A stretch of 64,000 bases of DNA. It comes from Eledone cirrhosa. Taxonomy: Eukaryota. The notes beneath the pieces were generated by a model. It was not told the origin of the DNA, made no database searches, and was given only the letters and a program-made list of their open reading frames with translations. Below are positions 28,564 to 40,960 of this stretch, in pieces. Where the stretch lies: contig OZ024741.1 in the NCBI GenBank assembly GCA_964016885.1, forward strand, positions 230,020,001 to 230,084,000. The letters are read 5' to 3'. Positions within the stretch are counted from its first letter, which is position 1. Every line of letters begins with the position of its first letter. The position numbers and the translations under genes are program-made.

Positions 28564-28775
28564 CATTCATACACATGCATTCATGTATGTACATATTTAC
28601 ACATTTTTGGATGACCATTGACTCTTTCGAGTTCTTCCGCCCTTTGTCACGTTTTGTTTTTTTGTCCTGCTGGGTGTCCAAAATCACCCTCTTCACCAAG
28701 TAAACTTGGTGAGTTGCCGGTTTAATCGCCGACGACCCAATCATGCGACAGGTTGTACTGGGTTATATGTTACAT
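28265..28775 (-). mobile_element. RTE 5' fragment interrupted by (CA)n
   Basis: Matches 62230-62520 (CTAGAA...TGCC.TGACAAAGGCTA.GGG and CCTC.TCACCAAG...GTTGTACTGGG). Confidence 0.65.
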
Positions 28776-28789
28776 ACATACATAGATAG

Positions 28790-29040
28790 TACACCGAAGA
28801 CCCTCTTCAGTCACGAATGACCATGTGATTTGCACCTAGAAAATTTCCCTCCGAGGCACGTTATTTGATGGAGACAATCAGTCGCCCATGCATACCAGCC
28901 TCCCCTCTCCACGCCACCGATAATATCCAAGGGAGAGGCTATGGCTGATACAGCTTGTCTAAAGTGACGTCGCAACTCATTTCTACAGCTGAGTAAACTG
29001 GAGCAACGTGAATAAAGTGTCTTGCTCAAGGACACAACGC
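28790..29040 (-). mobile_element. CORE-like SINE
   Basis: CAGCTGAGTAAACTGGAGCAACGTGAATAAAGTGTCTTGCTCAAGGACACAACGC is the reverse complement of the CORE-type domain. Confidence 0.75.
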
Positions 29041-30448
29041 ATTTCTAGCATTGACACAGGGGAAAGGGTAATGGCGATTTAATCGAATGCAGTACTTATT
29101 AACTACATTATTTTATGGACCGCGGAAGGATGACCTCGACAGGATTTGAACTCAGAATGTCAAGCTTCAGAACAAACATAACGTGGTATTTCTTCCGAGG
29201 CTCTAATGATTCTTCCAATTCACTGGGATATTGTATTTATATATTTATTTCTAATTTAGGCCAACTAATTTAAGGAAAGCGCAGAGTTGATTAAAGAACT
29301 TGACTGGCATTTTATTTTATCGAGCCCAGAAAGATGAAAAGCAAAGTTGTCCTCGGCGAGATTTGGATTTCGAACGTAAACAGCCAGAACAAATGCTATG
29401 AAATATTTTTCTCATGCTCTAGCAACTCTAGCAATCCATCCACCACAACTCATCAATAATGACGGCAAATATATTTATTCTATTTATATATTAAATTAAA
29501 TAAATCGCAATATCAAATATGTTGGTGTGAGATTGTATCGTTCGCAAACGTAGAATGTTGTTTTACGTTTTTAATACAGTTTATGTTTTTGTTACACAGC
29601 AAAAGGCGTTAGAATAAAAGAAGTTTCAGTTCATTAATGGGTCGATTCTTCCTCGAAACCCCTTTCTAACTTCCTTTCTAATCCCTCTCTTTACAAGAAA
29701 TCGTGTATGTTCAAACGTGGAGAGAGGCTGGGCTCAGCCAGTTTTAATGTGCAGAAATGTTACGATGGGCACCCCAACGACTCCGTCAGGAGTAACAGAT
29801 CCATCAGTGAATCCATCCATACAGCCAACCGTACATCCATCCATACACACATACATACAATTTCTATGTGATCGCTTGATCTGTTAGAGATGGATAGATT
29901 CTTTAGTAGCAGAGATATCAATTCCAAACACAGTAACCTACACATAGTGCTCTGTGCGAAACAATGAAATAGAAGCTGATACGTACAACTACATTAAATC
30001 ATTTGTAATTCGATGTCCTTGACACGATAGTGTCGTAATTAGCTGAGATATGAATGCGAAGGTAACTAGCTGATTAGAAAATCAGCTAGTAAATACCGAA
30101 TAACACGTCTGTGATCAGTAAAACCACATGCCACGTCCTCCTCCTCTTCCTCCTTCTCTTCCTCCAAACTAAAGTATCATTCTCAACAAAGGAGCTCTAT
30201 GTGGTCACTCCATAAGCTAAAATGAGCATGCAAATCACCCCTTAAATCACAATCGACTATCTTAGAAAAAGTAAAAGAATTATATATATTGTATTATTTA
30301 GTTCTAGAAACAATGGAACGCCTTTGATTATATGGTTACACAAAAACAGCAGCGACAAAAACAACATGTTACCATAATTTTATAGACAGCCACCTAATAG
30401 TAACTGAACAAATATACATAGGTAGTGTTATTATCATTTCCCGAAGAG

Positions 30449-30635
30449 GGCGGTGAATTGGCAGTATCGGTAGAGGGTCAGACATGCTTCCCAGCATAGT
30501 TACGTCCCTTTACGATCTGAGTTCAAATCCCGCCGAGGTTAACTTTGCCTTTCATCCTTACGAGGTTGATAAAATAAAGTACCAGTAATGTACTGGGTAA
30601 TTGCTGGACTTGTGCCAAAAGTAGAAACAGTTATT
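30449..30635 (+). mobile_element. tRNA-derived SINE
   Basis: Full head, central domain and tail, as at 19843-20042. Confidence 0.85.
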
Positions 30636-30779
30636 ATCATTTCTGATGTCTTCCTTCGCCCAGAAGATCAATGATTGTGTAAGGCAATTTTTTGTGCGTA
30701 AAAAGTAGGATGAAAAGTGTTGCTTATGACGGTTTTCAAGTCCACAGAAAATAGTGAAAGGAAAGGTTCAGTGCAATGT

Positions 30780-31390
30780 TGCACTTAGCAGACTCTATGT
30801 TACACATTTCTGACGATGTTCTTTGAGAATCCCAATGTGGTTTTAGACAGGGCTGAAGCACAGTAAACGTGATATTTTCGGCTAGACAGCTTCAAGAAGG
30901 TGTATGGAACAAAGAATAGATCTATGTCAAGTGTTCATCGACGTGACAAAGGCATTTGACACAGTTAATAGAGAAGCTCTTTGAAAAATAATTGGAAAGA
31001 TTGGTTGGTCGAACAAATGCTTGGCAATCTACGTCAAATTCATGACGAAATGAAAACCTGGGTGAATATTCGTCAAAGTATGTCAGAACCTCTTATTGTC
31101 AAGAACAGCGTCAAACAGGGCGACATAAGACCACATACACTGTTTTCCCTGTTCCTTCTAGTGGTATTCTAATAGTATTTATAGACTGTCGACATAGAAT
31201 ATACATCAGATTTTGTATATCTGGGAAGCTTTAAGGCGCTTTAGTGCCAATACGAAGCTTATGTACTCACTGTTGAGAGAATTTCTGTACACAGATGACA
31301 GCGATATTTTTCCCACGCACAGGAAGATATGTAGCATCTTATGTACTCCTTCAGCAGTGCGTGTTCAGCGCTTGGTTTAACAATCAACTT
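30780..31390 (+). mobile_element. Degenerate RTE (BovB-like) reverse transcriptase fragment
   Basis: SQCGFR, IFSARQLQE, QVFIDVTKAFDTVNREAL and VKNSVKQGD motifs across frames. Confidence 0.8.
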
Positions 31391-31743
31391 GTGTGTATGT
31401 GTGTGTGCGTATAAGCATGTGTGTATATCCATACATATAGATAGGTGCATACATATTTTACCTATAAAAACATGGCGGTCATTAGAAATATTTTTTTATA
31501 TTATCTATTAAATTGTCAAGAATCATGGGCAAATACTAGTTACATGCTGATTAAATAGTCTTCGATATTTTTGACAGCTGAATCATTAAAGGGTAGTTAT
31601 TATTATTATTTTGTCACGGGAGGAAAGTTCGTTTATTTACCAAATGATGACGTTACTATATGCGAATATTTATTGATTTCTTTCTTTTTTAAAACATACG
31701 TTGTTCCATGTATTTTTAAAATTCGTTTTAGTTCACTCATTGC

Positions 31744-31773
<30 letters not shown>

Positions 31774-31781
<8 letters not shown>

Positions 31782-32156
31782 TAAACGGAAAAGAAAATGC
31801 TGACAAATTGTTCACAGTGAAAAATAGTTTAATTAGGAATAAGTGAGAATTAATAATAAAATTGGTTAGTATTCAGTTTTGGTTTTAAGTTTTACCGGTT
31901 GCGCATTTCTAATGCTTTTCAAAAATAATTTTGAGATAGGAGCAAACGTAACGGACGCTCTATCTCAAAATTATTTTTGAAAAGCATTAGAAATGCGCAA
32001 CCGGTAAAACTTAAAACCAAAACTGAATACTAACCAATACTATTACTAATTCTCACTTATTCCTAATTAAACCATTTTTCACTGTGAACAATTTGTCAGC
32101 ATTTTCTTTTCCGTTTACCAATATATCATAACTTGTGTGTTACACCTCTATTCTTT

Positions 32157-32160
<4 letters not shown>
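31774..32160. repeat. Foldback palindrome with about 165-bp arms in a TA tract
   Basis: 31774-31939 is the near-perfect reverse complement of 31960-32126. The right arm has an extra tail of about 34 bp. Confidence 0.92.
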
Positions 32161-32219
<59 letters not shown>

Positions 32220-32433
32220 CGTTTCTGAATTTGTTTAGCAAGATTCTTTATCTGAAATCGTGTGTTGAAACCGATATTGTTATACTTTGGGAGGGTCATG
32301 TTGCCAATAAGAAACACACGCGCCAGTTGCTTTCACTTCAATTTAATTTATTAAATATTTATAAATTTACAAATTTATAAATTTCTGGTTGGTTGGTTGG
32401 TTCCACAACCAGATAGTTGTTTATATATATATA

Positions 32434-32476
32434 GTCATAGTTCTTTCGTCACACACTCTGTGACCTCTTCAGTGAC
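32434..32476 (-). ncRNA. Minimal hammerhead ribozyme in the PLE 3' region (left arm)
   Basis: Reverse complement of 35011-35053. Confidence 0.75.
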
Positions 32477-32782
32477 TGGGGATTTCTTTCTTCGTTTCTG
32501 TGCCTTTCCTTTCTTCTATCCTACGCCATTTTGTTTGTGTGTGGGTTGCGTGCTCAGTTTGCGCATGCGCCACATCCGGGTGTCTGTGTGTGTTTGTGTT
32601 CATTTTTCTATTTTTCTATTTATATTTTTCTATTTGTTTGTTTATTTATTTATTTATTGTTGGTTGGTTGTTTGTTCTATGTGTGTGTGTGTTTTCATTT
32701 TGTCTTGTGTGTGTTTTCATTTTGTGTGTGTTTTCAATTGTAAGTTGTTTGTTCTATGTGTGTGTGTGTTTTCATTTTGTCC

Positions 32783-33925
32783 TTAATTGTAAGTTGTTAT
32801 GTTGCTGTTCCACTCATATTTTCTATTTAATTTTGGTTTTAATTCTTTTATGCTTACTGCCTCTGTAATTTGCCTAAACATTGCGTCTTTCTTGTGTGTG
32901 GATTCTATTTTTATTTCTATGCTCTCTAATTTACCCCTGTGTTCTATCTTAGCATGTTGGTAGAGCACAGATGATTCTTTACTATCTTGGAGGTCTCGCC
33001 AGTGTTCATTTATTCGTTCCCCTATACTACGAGCTGTCTCACCTATGTACACTACATTTTTGTTTCTACATTGTCCTTCAGTACATCTTATGCTATATAC
33101 TACATTTCTAGTTTTACAGTTAATATGGGGGCTTATTTTACAGGTTATACATTTCTTATCTATACATGAGGGTCTTTGGAACGGGTATGTCTTGCTAATA
33201 AGTGTTTTTACGGAGGTACCAGGTCTTTCTACTATCTTAATATTGAGATTATGTTTCTTTAGGGCCCTTCTAAATTTGTAGGCTAGTTCGCCTCTAGGGG
33301 TTGTATTGATGAACATTACACTCTGGTATTTATTGCTATCATACCATGAGTTTATTCTATTGGCCTTGTTCTTAGTTCTTTCTATTCTATTCCAAAATTT
33401 GCTCCTATACAAGGGGCAGGTCCCATTTATGTCATTATTTACTATTTTTTCCCATTTGGTTCTGGCTCCTTTATACACTCTGATTCTATCTCTCTGATTG
33501 TAGCCAGAGAACTGCATACGGTGGATGAAGTGTTGTATGTGTCTCTCTAGTTCTTCGGGGTTGCACATGCGGGACACATTTCTCATCACCCGTACCAAAT
33601 CCGCAATCAGTATGTTGATTTTGGTATGGTCCGAAATGGCCGAGTTTCGGTGGATCAGATGTTTGGAAGTCATGGGTTTGGCATAATGGGAATGGAGGAT
33701 TTGTTTTTGGTTGTTAATAGTATCTAACCAGAGCTCTGTGTCTAGTACAGGTAATCGATGGTTGGGGTGTCTACTTAGGTAGTCTATAGTAACTCTAATG
33801 CTCTGGTGGATGGAGTTTGCTATTTGCTGGATGCTTTCCATTGTGTTTTTCTCTAGTTCCTGACTGTTCTTTAGTGGGGGTGTCTTAACTACGATGTTTA
33901 TATCATCTACGTAGCGGGAGTACAT
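32783..33925 (-). CDS. PLE polyprotein C-terminal part: RT (YVDD) and thumb, Cys linker, GIY-YIG endonuclease; 5'-truncated
   Basis: SRYVDDI, LPVLD, CIDKKCITC, NVVYSIRC...YIGETARSIGERINEH and EA..I...KPKLN in an uninterrupted 380-aa frame. Confidence 0.92.
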   Translation of the reverse strand: MYSRYVDDINIVVKTPPLKNSQELEKNTMESIQQIANSIHQSIRVTIDYLSRHPNHRLPVLDTELWLDTINNQKQILHSHYAKPMTSKHLIHRNSAISDHTKINILIADLVRVMRNVSRMCNPEELERHIQHFIHRMQFSGYNQRDRIRVYKGARTKWEKIVNNDINGTCPLYRSKFWNRIERTKNKANRINSWYDSNKYQSVMFINTTPRGELAYKFRRALKKHNLNIKIVERPGTSVKTLISKTYPFQRPSCIDKKCITCKISPHINCKTRNVVYSIRCTEGQCRNKNVVYIGETARSIGERINEHWRDLQDSKESSVLYQHAKIEHRGKLESIEIKIESTHKKDAMFRQITEAVSIKELKPKLNRKYEWNSNITTYN

Positions 33926-33969
33926 TATCAGGGTTAAGCTGTCTTCTAATTGTTCATTAAGTTTTCAAC

Positions 33970-34704
33970 ATGGCCGACACCTCATTATCTGAAGAGTTCA
34001 GAATCAGAGTGTATAAAGGAGCCAGAACCAAATGGGAAAAAATGGTAAATAATGACATAAATGGGACCTGCCCCTTGTATAGGAGCAAATTTTGGAATAG
34101 AATAGAAAGAACTAAGAACAAGGCCAATAGAATAAACTCATGGTATGATAGCAATAAATACCAGAGTGTAATGTTCATCAATACAACCCCTAGAGGCGAA
34201 CTAGCCTACAAATTTAGAAGGGCCCTAAAGAAACATAATCTCAATATTAAGATAGTAGAAAGACCTGGTACCTCCGTAAAAACACTTATTAGCAAGACAT
34301 ACCCGTTCCAAAGACCCTCATGTATAGATAAGAAATGTATAACCTGTAAAATAAGCCCCCATATTAACTGTAAAACTAGAAATGTAGTATATAGCATAAG
34401 ATGTACTGAAGGACAATGTAGAAACAAAAATGTAGTGTACATAGGTGAGACAGCTCGTAGTATAGGGGAACGAATAAATGAACACTGGCGAGACCTCCAA
34501 GATAGTAAAGAATCATCTGTGCTCTACCAACATGCTAAGATAGAACACAGGGGTAAATTAGAGAGCATAGAAATAAAAATAGAATCCACACACAAGAAAG
34601 ACGCAATGTTTAGGCAAATTACAGAGGCAGTAAGCATAAAAGAATTAAAACCAAAATTAAATAGAAAATATGAGTGGAACAGCAACATAACAACTTACAA
34701 TTAA
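33970..34704 (+). CDS. Inverted duplicate of the PLE C-terminus (thumb and GIY-YIG) fused to a short leader
   Basis: Identical to the minus-strand ORF from RIRVYKG onwards except for one I/M change. The leader MADTSLSEEF comes from the spacer. Confidence 0.75.
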   Translation: MADTSLSEEFRIRVYKGARTKWEKMVNNDINGTCPLYRSKFWNRIERTKNKANRINSWYDSNKYQSVMFINTTPRGELAYKFRRALKKHNLNIKIVERPGTSVKTLISKTYPFQRPSCIDKKCITCKISPHINCKTRNVVYSIRCTEGQCRNKNVVYIGETARSIGERINEHWRDLQDSKESSVLYQHAKIEHRGKLESIEIKIESTHKKDAMFRQITEAVSIKELKPKLNRKYEWNSNITTYN

Positions 34705-35010
34705 GGACAAAATGAAAACACACACACACATAGAACAAACAACTTACAATTGAAAACACACACAAAATGAAAACACACACAAGACAAAATGAAAACACAC
34801 ACACACATAGAACAAACAACCAACCAACAATAAATAAATAAATAAACAAACAAATAGAAAAATATAAATAGAAAAATAGAAAAATGAACACAAACACACA
34901 CAGACACCCGGATGTGGCGCATGCGCAAACTGAGCACGCAACCCACACACAAACAAAATGGCGTAGGATAGAAGAAAGGAAAGGCACAGAAACGAAGAAA
35001 GAAATCCCCA

Positions 35011-35053
35011 GTCACTGAAGAGGTCACAGAGTGTGTGACGAAAGAACTATGAC
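35011..35053 (+). ncRNA. Minimal hammerhead ribozyme in the PLE 3' region (right arm)
   Basis: GTCA CTGAAGA g GTCACA-GAGTG-TGTGAC GAAA GAAC TA TGAC. Confidence 0.75.
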
Positions 35054-35209
35054 TATATATATATAAACAACTATCTGGTTGTGGAACCAACCAACCAACC
35101 AGAAATTTATAAATTTGTAAATTTATAAATATTTAATAAATTAAATTGAAGTGAAAGCAACTGGTGCGTGTGTTTCTTATTGGCAACATGACCCTCCCAA
35201 AGTATAACA

Positions 35210-35282
<73 letters not shown>

Positions 35283-35355
35283 ATATATATAATATATATG
35301 TGTGTGTGGTGTGTGTGTGGGTGTGTGTGCGTGCGTGTGTGAGTGTGTGTGTGTG

Positions 35356-35424
<69 letters not shown>

Positions 35425-35599
35425 GTGTATAATTATAAATATATTGGGAAATACGTTAGAATGCGAGTAGAATATATACTGCTAGAACTAGTGTAGATTT
35501 GGGCAAAAATGACAAAATAAAATTATTTTTACCCTATATTTATTGATATCTCCCTATATCAAATGAATCAAAATCAGAGCAATTCGTTCGTACGAGCTA

Positions 35600-36120
35600 T
35601 TCCTTTTGTGTGATTGACGGTTAGTGGAAAGGTGACATACGCAAACCGGTTACAATAGCCATCAGCTCTATGTAACTCGGATCTGCTGTTAATACTACCG
35701 TTACGCCCGTTGATAAGAATATCCTCTTTGATCCATAGATTACCAACGTTGCTCACTGTGGCTTCTATGGTGTTCTCGATATCTTGTATGTAAGTTTTTG
35801 AAGTTGTTTTTTGACAGAAGAGTCATTTGTGTTCGTATGTTCCCGGATCCATATGTATAGCTTCCAGAGAGTGATTCCTGTGTTTGTGCCACCACATATT
35901 TTGCCCGTGATTTTGAATGCCTCATATGATCTTATGCATACATCCGCATTGCTGATTAAACAGTTACGGTGTGCGCATATTTCGTTGGTTTATGTGGGTC
36001 GGGCTTTGGAGAGTAGAATTTGCTGTATATGGACCCCTTCTTGATTCGTAGCGTTATATGTGTGCTCAGTTTCCAAGGTTATGTGGTCAACGTAGTCGCG
36101 ATTATTATATATTTTGACGA
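35600..36120 (-). pseudogene. Old degenerate PLE GIY-YIG endonuclease fragment
   Basis: Minus-strand frames give VCIRSYEAFKITGKICGGTNTGITLWKLYIWIREHTNTNDSSVKKQL and NLWIKEDILINGRNGSINSRSEL, resembling decayed VY.ITC..C...YIG.T...RI.EH and E.I.I.....IN.R.E motifs. Confidence 0.55.
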
Positions 36121-36434
36121 TCTCATCATGGTACGAGGTAAGCATGAGGGTAAACACACACACACAAACAGACACAGACATAGTCACACACACAACAAAA
36201 ACAAACAAACAAACAAAACACACACAAACATACATATATGATATGCGAAAAGTATAATGGAAACAATAATGCAAACAATGTTTAACGCTTGATATAGTAG
36301 AAAACGTGTCTAAACGTTTCGGTCACTAGTCTTTCATCAGAATATGGAATAAGAAATATAAGATAAAAATATATGAAAGTATCGAAAAGATATTTATGGA
36401 GAAAAAGCATGTGTGTCAGCCATCTCTTTCTTTG

Positions 36435-36599
<165 letters not shown>

Positions 36600-36941
36600 G
36601 AAAGACGTAAAATAAGAAAATTAAAAAAATTAAAATCACTGGGTTCCTCGTGTCCGCGCATTGCCTGGGAACTTAGCTGAGAATAGACTCCCTGATGACG
36701 TAATGAATTCTCTATAGTTATATATATTATGTAACTATATTTATCCCATTACAGAAACTAATTAGTTGGAGTGAAAATTTTAGTAAGTGAGTTGATTTTT
36801 AATTTTTAAAATTTTCTTATTTTACGTCTTTCATATAATTGTTCTGCATTCACCTGCATAGAACCACATAGGTACTAAGACATAACTTATATATTTGCTA
36901 GCATGAGTGTACATCTGTACACATATGATGGTAGATGTACT

Positions 36942-36990
<49 letters not shown>

Positions 36991-37098
36991 ATACATGTGT
37001 GTGTGTGTGTGTGTGTGTATCCCAGGCTCAATCGGGGTAACCACAGTAAGTAAGGTACTCAATACATAGGAGAGTATAAATATTTAATATAGAAATAG

Positions 37099-37146
37099 CT
37101 TCTACAGGACTAGAGCTGTTTCATTCGAAGGAAATCACCAGGAAAG
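37099..37146 (-). ncRNA. Degenerate hammerhead, same family as 12066-12114
   Basis: TTC CTGGTGA ... GAAACAGCTCTAGTCCTGTA GAA. The core has A6 changed to G. Confidence 0.55.
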
Positions 37147-37229
37147 TCCTTAAATGTAAATATATATATATATACAGACATATACATGCACACACTCACA
37201 CATTTATTATATATATGTATATATATGTA

Positions 37230-37260
<31 letters not shown>

Positions 37261-37789
37261 GTGTGTGTGTGTCTGTGTGTGTGTGCGTGTAAGTTTGTGT
37301 TACAGTGTGTAAATATATTTTTGCGTGTTACACTATTATTAGTATGTGTTTTGATGTACAATTCACACAGGCCTTAGTTTATTGGTGGCGTAGATAACAG
37401 CAACTTATTTTTACTTTACAAACCTTTCTTTCCCTAACCTTACTGCCCCACCCATCTTCATTTACCCTATGTCACAAACTCATTAATACATACACTCGTA
37501 CACTCCTATTAAGAACCACACTATATTAGTGCTGCTACTAAATAATCTATCCATATGTATGTATTAAACCACATATATATTGTAGCATCTTGTAGGTACA
37601 TATTTTTTATATTATTTTTGGTAGAGGTGGTTGGATGCCTAAATATGAAAGGGGGCGAGGTTTTGATTATTCTATGTAAAAATGAATCAGTCACGTGCAA
37701 AGGTTAATGAAATGTATATAGGTAGAATATCCAACCTTTTGACCGCTGTCAGTGTGTAGTGGAATAGTTGACGTCATCTGTGTTGTTGT

Positions 37790-38460
37790 GTTGGACCTCC
37801 GCTGGTTCTGATGACGAATAGAAAGCCGAAAGCAAGATCATGCATATTTACTGTGTAAATCAATCACCAATCAAGATTGATTATTTCACTCTTATACGAG
37901 CTGGAAATTTCACCGGTGATTTCTCCATAGATTCAGAGATGAAGCGCAGAATATCTCGTGGTGCTGCTGCTTTTCACTCTCTTTATGCGAGAGTGTGGAA
38001 TCATAAAGGCCTATCAGTTGTAAACAATCCGAATCCATAGTTCTCCCGTCACTGTTATACGACAGTGAGACGTGGCCCATGCTTGCTCACCACCTATGCA
38101 AATTAGACGCTTTACATTAACATTTTTGCACCGGATACTTAAGATAAGTTGGTGGCACGGTTGAGACAATCATCTCGAATAACTATTTCAGATGTCTCGA
38201 CCATGTATATCGAACGGAGGGTAGTCACATTCCAAAGCAACTCGTGTTTGGTAAATTAGCAATTGGCAAGAGAAGCAGAAGCCGCCAACTGAAGCGTTGG
38301 AAGGATGGCATTAATGAAGATCTGAACGCCTTCGACTTGTTAACCGTAGTACTTGGGGGAAGCAGACAAATCTGGGTAAGATGCACAGTTGCAGAAATAA
38401 ATCTGCAGCTGTGCATCTTACCCAGCGAGCGGAAAGGCGCTGACGACGACATCATAATGT
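37790..38460 (+). mobile_element. Degenerate RTE ORF C-terminal fragment
   Basis: IDSEMKRRISRGAAAFHSLYARVWN and PKQLVFGKLAIGKRSRSRQLKRWKDGI. Confidence 0.75.
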
Positions 38461-38703
38461 GAGTCCCCATCATCAACAATGACGATGGTAAGAATAAAAT
38501 AAATGTTCGATGATGAACTTTTCGCCGGCGGACAGCTCGAGACGCGATCATTGTGTGTATCTGTCTGATTCTGGACTCGCAGGTTCGACGGACACATCTA
38601 ATGATTTCGGAGCATATTCTCTGCGAAACAATTGTAACACACAATAAATTGAGTTCAGATGCATCACTGTTTTTCGTTTTATATTATATATATATATATA
38701 TAT

Positions 38704-40835
38704 AAAATTTCAGGTTATCAATAATGTAGTGATAATATATCGTTACGTTAGAGATGAACAGCGTACGAGTATAAATTATATTCCGGAGAAAATGTAGAAA
38801 AGATGAATATAAAATGAAAGTGCTTTTTTTAAAAAGGAATTTATTAGGTATTGACATATGTATCGCTGCTTGCGTAATCATATAATGTTAGCAAGTATTC
38901 GATAGCAAATGTATAATCAGTTGTCACTTCTTCAGAGATTTTGGATAAATTGGATAAAATCAGAAAAATTGAAGTATTTATATTAGTAATAGAGGAAGAA
39001 GAGAGGGGATAGTATATGACAGATGGTAATTCAATTTACTGCTAAACAAGTATATAAAGGGTTTCTAATGAGAATACAGATACGATTAAACCGTTCCATA
39101 AACTAAATGAGAACCTTAAATATGTAAATACGAGTTCTAACCATCCACTCTCTATAATTAAATCCATCCCTAGAAATGTTTCTCTTAGAATCTCCCGCAT
39201 GTCGTCCAACCAACAAACCTTCAAAGAACATGCCGAATATTATGATGATGCACTTAGGAAAGCCGGACACCTAGATAATATAGAGTATATAGTCGAAGAT
39301 CACCAAAACACCCAAAATAAATCCCATTGGAGTAGAAATAGCACAGAATCACCACCATACATACACTACCGCAATAGACACAATAATAGTCGCACACCAC
39401 CAAACAGAAAGCGATGTAAAGAGTATATTTGGTACAACCCGGTCTATAACAACTCTATTAAAACCAATCTACCCTCACAATTCTTTCGATTAGTTAAAAA
39501 ACACTTTCCAACATCACATAAATATAATAAAATCTTAAACCCTAACACTATTCGACTCTCATATTCAATCGCCCCTAATATTGAACAACATATAAAAAAG
39601 CTTAACGCAAAACGGTTGTATAAACGCCTTCCAACACATAACAATACACGTAAAACATTAGCTATAACATCACAAAACAACAAACAACATCCTGTCCTAC
39701 CTAAGCAACCTCATCAACCCATCCATGACAATACAACAACGCAAAATTATAATTGTAACTGTGTTCAACCAGGAATGTGTCCGTTGAACAATCAGTGTCT
39801 TGAACGCAACATCATATACAAATGTACTATCGAATCGGATAGACAGAAGTGGTACTATGTGGGATCTACAGCCACTTCCTTCAAATCACGCCTTTATAGA
39901 CATCGTTACTCGATAAAACATGAAAACCAGCGTTATGTAACAACACTCGCAGACAAGGCTTGGCAGCTGCATGAAAATAACCAACAATTTCACCTAAAAT
40001 GGGATATAATAGCGAGCGGCTGTCCCCCCATATCCCACGGACAGGAATTTTGTAAATTATGTAATATGGAATTATTTTGTATTATGAAATCCAAAAACAT
40101 CTTATTAAATAACTGAATAGAGCGATCGTTATACTGTAACCATCGCTTAAAATCTACATTTTCATATTATAAATACTACCAGGATTGAACGCCTGTCTCT
40201 ATCTCCGTTTGATTGTCAAAATAGATATTAACATTCTCTATTAGTCTTAATTCTATCAACTCTTCTATTATTTACCATTTAATATAAATTGCTATAGATA
40301 AAATGAGATTTCTGATCTCTTAATTCAATTCCCTAATGCATATACCAGCTGGCTACTAGCATTGATGTTATTCAGTAGCAATCGAAATCTCCCCTTTCCC
40401 CAATCGACACTTTATAATTAATACTACTACACCAAATGACCAGCCCTGTCCACTGTCCAATTGGTCAAGTATAGATTAAAATTGGCACTCCCAAAAATTC
40501 TTATTTAGATAAAATAAACCATTTACTCATGGTATTCTCATTAGAAACCCTTTATATACTTGTTTAGCAGTAAATTGAATTACCATCTGTCATATACTAT
40601 CCCCTCTCTTCTTCCTCTATTACTAATATAAATACTTCAATTTTTCTGATTTTATCCAATTTATCCAAAATCTCTGAAGAAGTGACAACTGATTATACAT
40701 TTGCTATCGAATACTTGCTAACATTATATGATTACGCAAGTAGCGATACATAGGTATTCCGTCTGTTACAGAAACATATGTCAATACCTAATAAATTCCT
40801 TTTTAAAAAAAGCACTTTCATTTTATATTCATCTT

Positions 40836-40840
<5 letters not shown>
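38704..40840 (+). mobile_element. PLE (probably Naiad-like) with an inverted terminal repeat, in (TA)n
   Basis: About 38795-39077 is inverted relative to about 40532-40840. The internal coding region is listed separately. Confidence 0.9.
39078..40188 (+). pseudogene. PLE RT thumb, CxC-x5-C linker and GIY-YIG endonuclease; 5'-truncated, one in-frame TGA
   Basis: SNHPLSIIK, WYNPVY...TNL...KHFP, CNCVQPGMCPLNNQC, IIYKC...YVGSTATSFKSRLYRH and CKLC. The frame continues past TGA 40114-40116 to CNH and a stop at 40186-40188. Confidence 0.88.
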
Positions 40841-40878
<38 letters not shown>

Positions 40879-40882
40879 TATA

Positions 40883-40960
<78 letters not shown>

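Larger units (their letters stand above)
32217..35213. mobile_element. Young Penelope-like element insertion forming a large inverted duplication
   Basis: Arms 32274-33487 and 34000-35213 are almost identical inverted copies, with (TA)n at both ends. Confidence 0.95.

Noticed and set aside
36307-36345. Minus-strand CTGATGA...GAAACGTTTA hammerhead-like motif
   Set aside because: Stems I and II pair poorly. It is probably a decayed pLTR ribozyme and was not called as functional.
40700-40795. Hammerhead candidate in the Naiad-like terminal repeat (GAAACATATGTC)
   Set aside because: The 5' core is not CUGANGA in either arm, so it cannot be supported.
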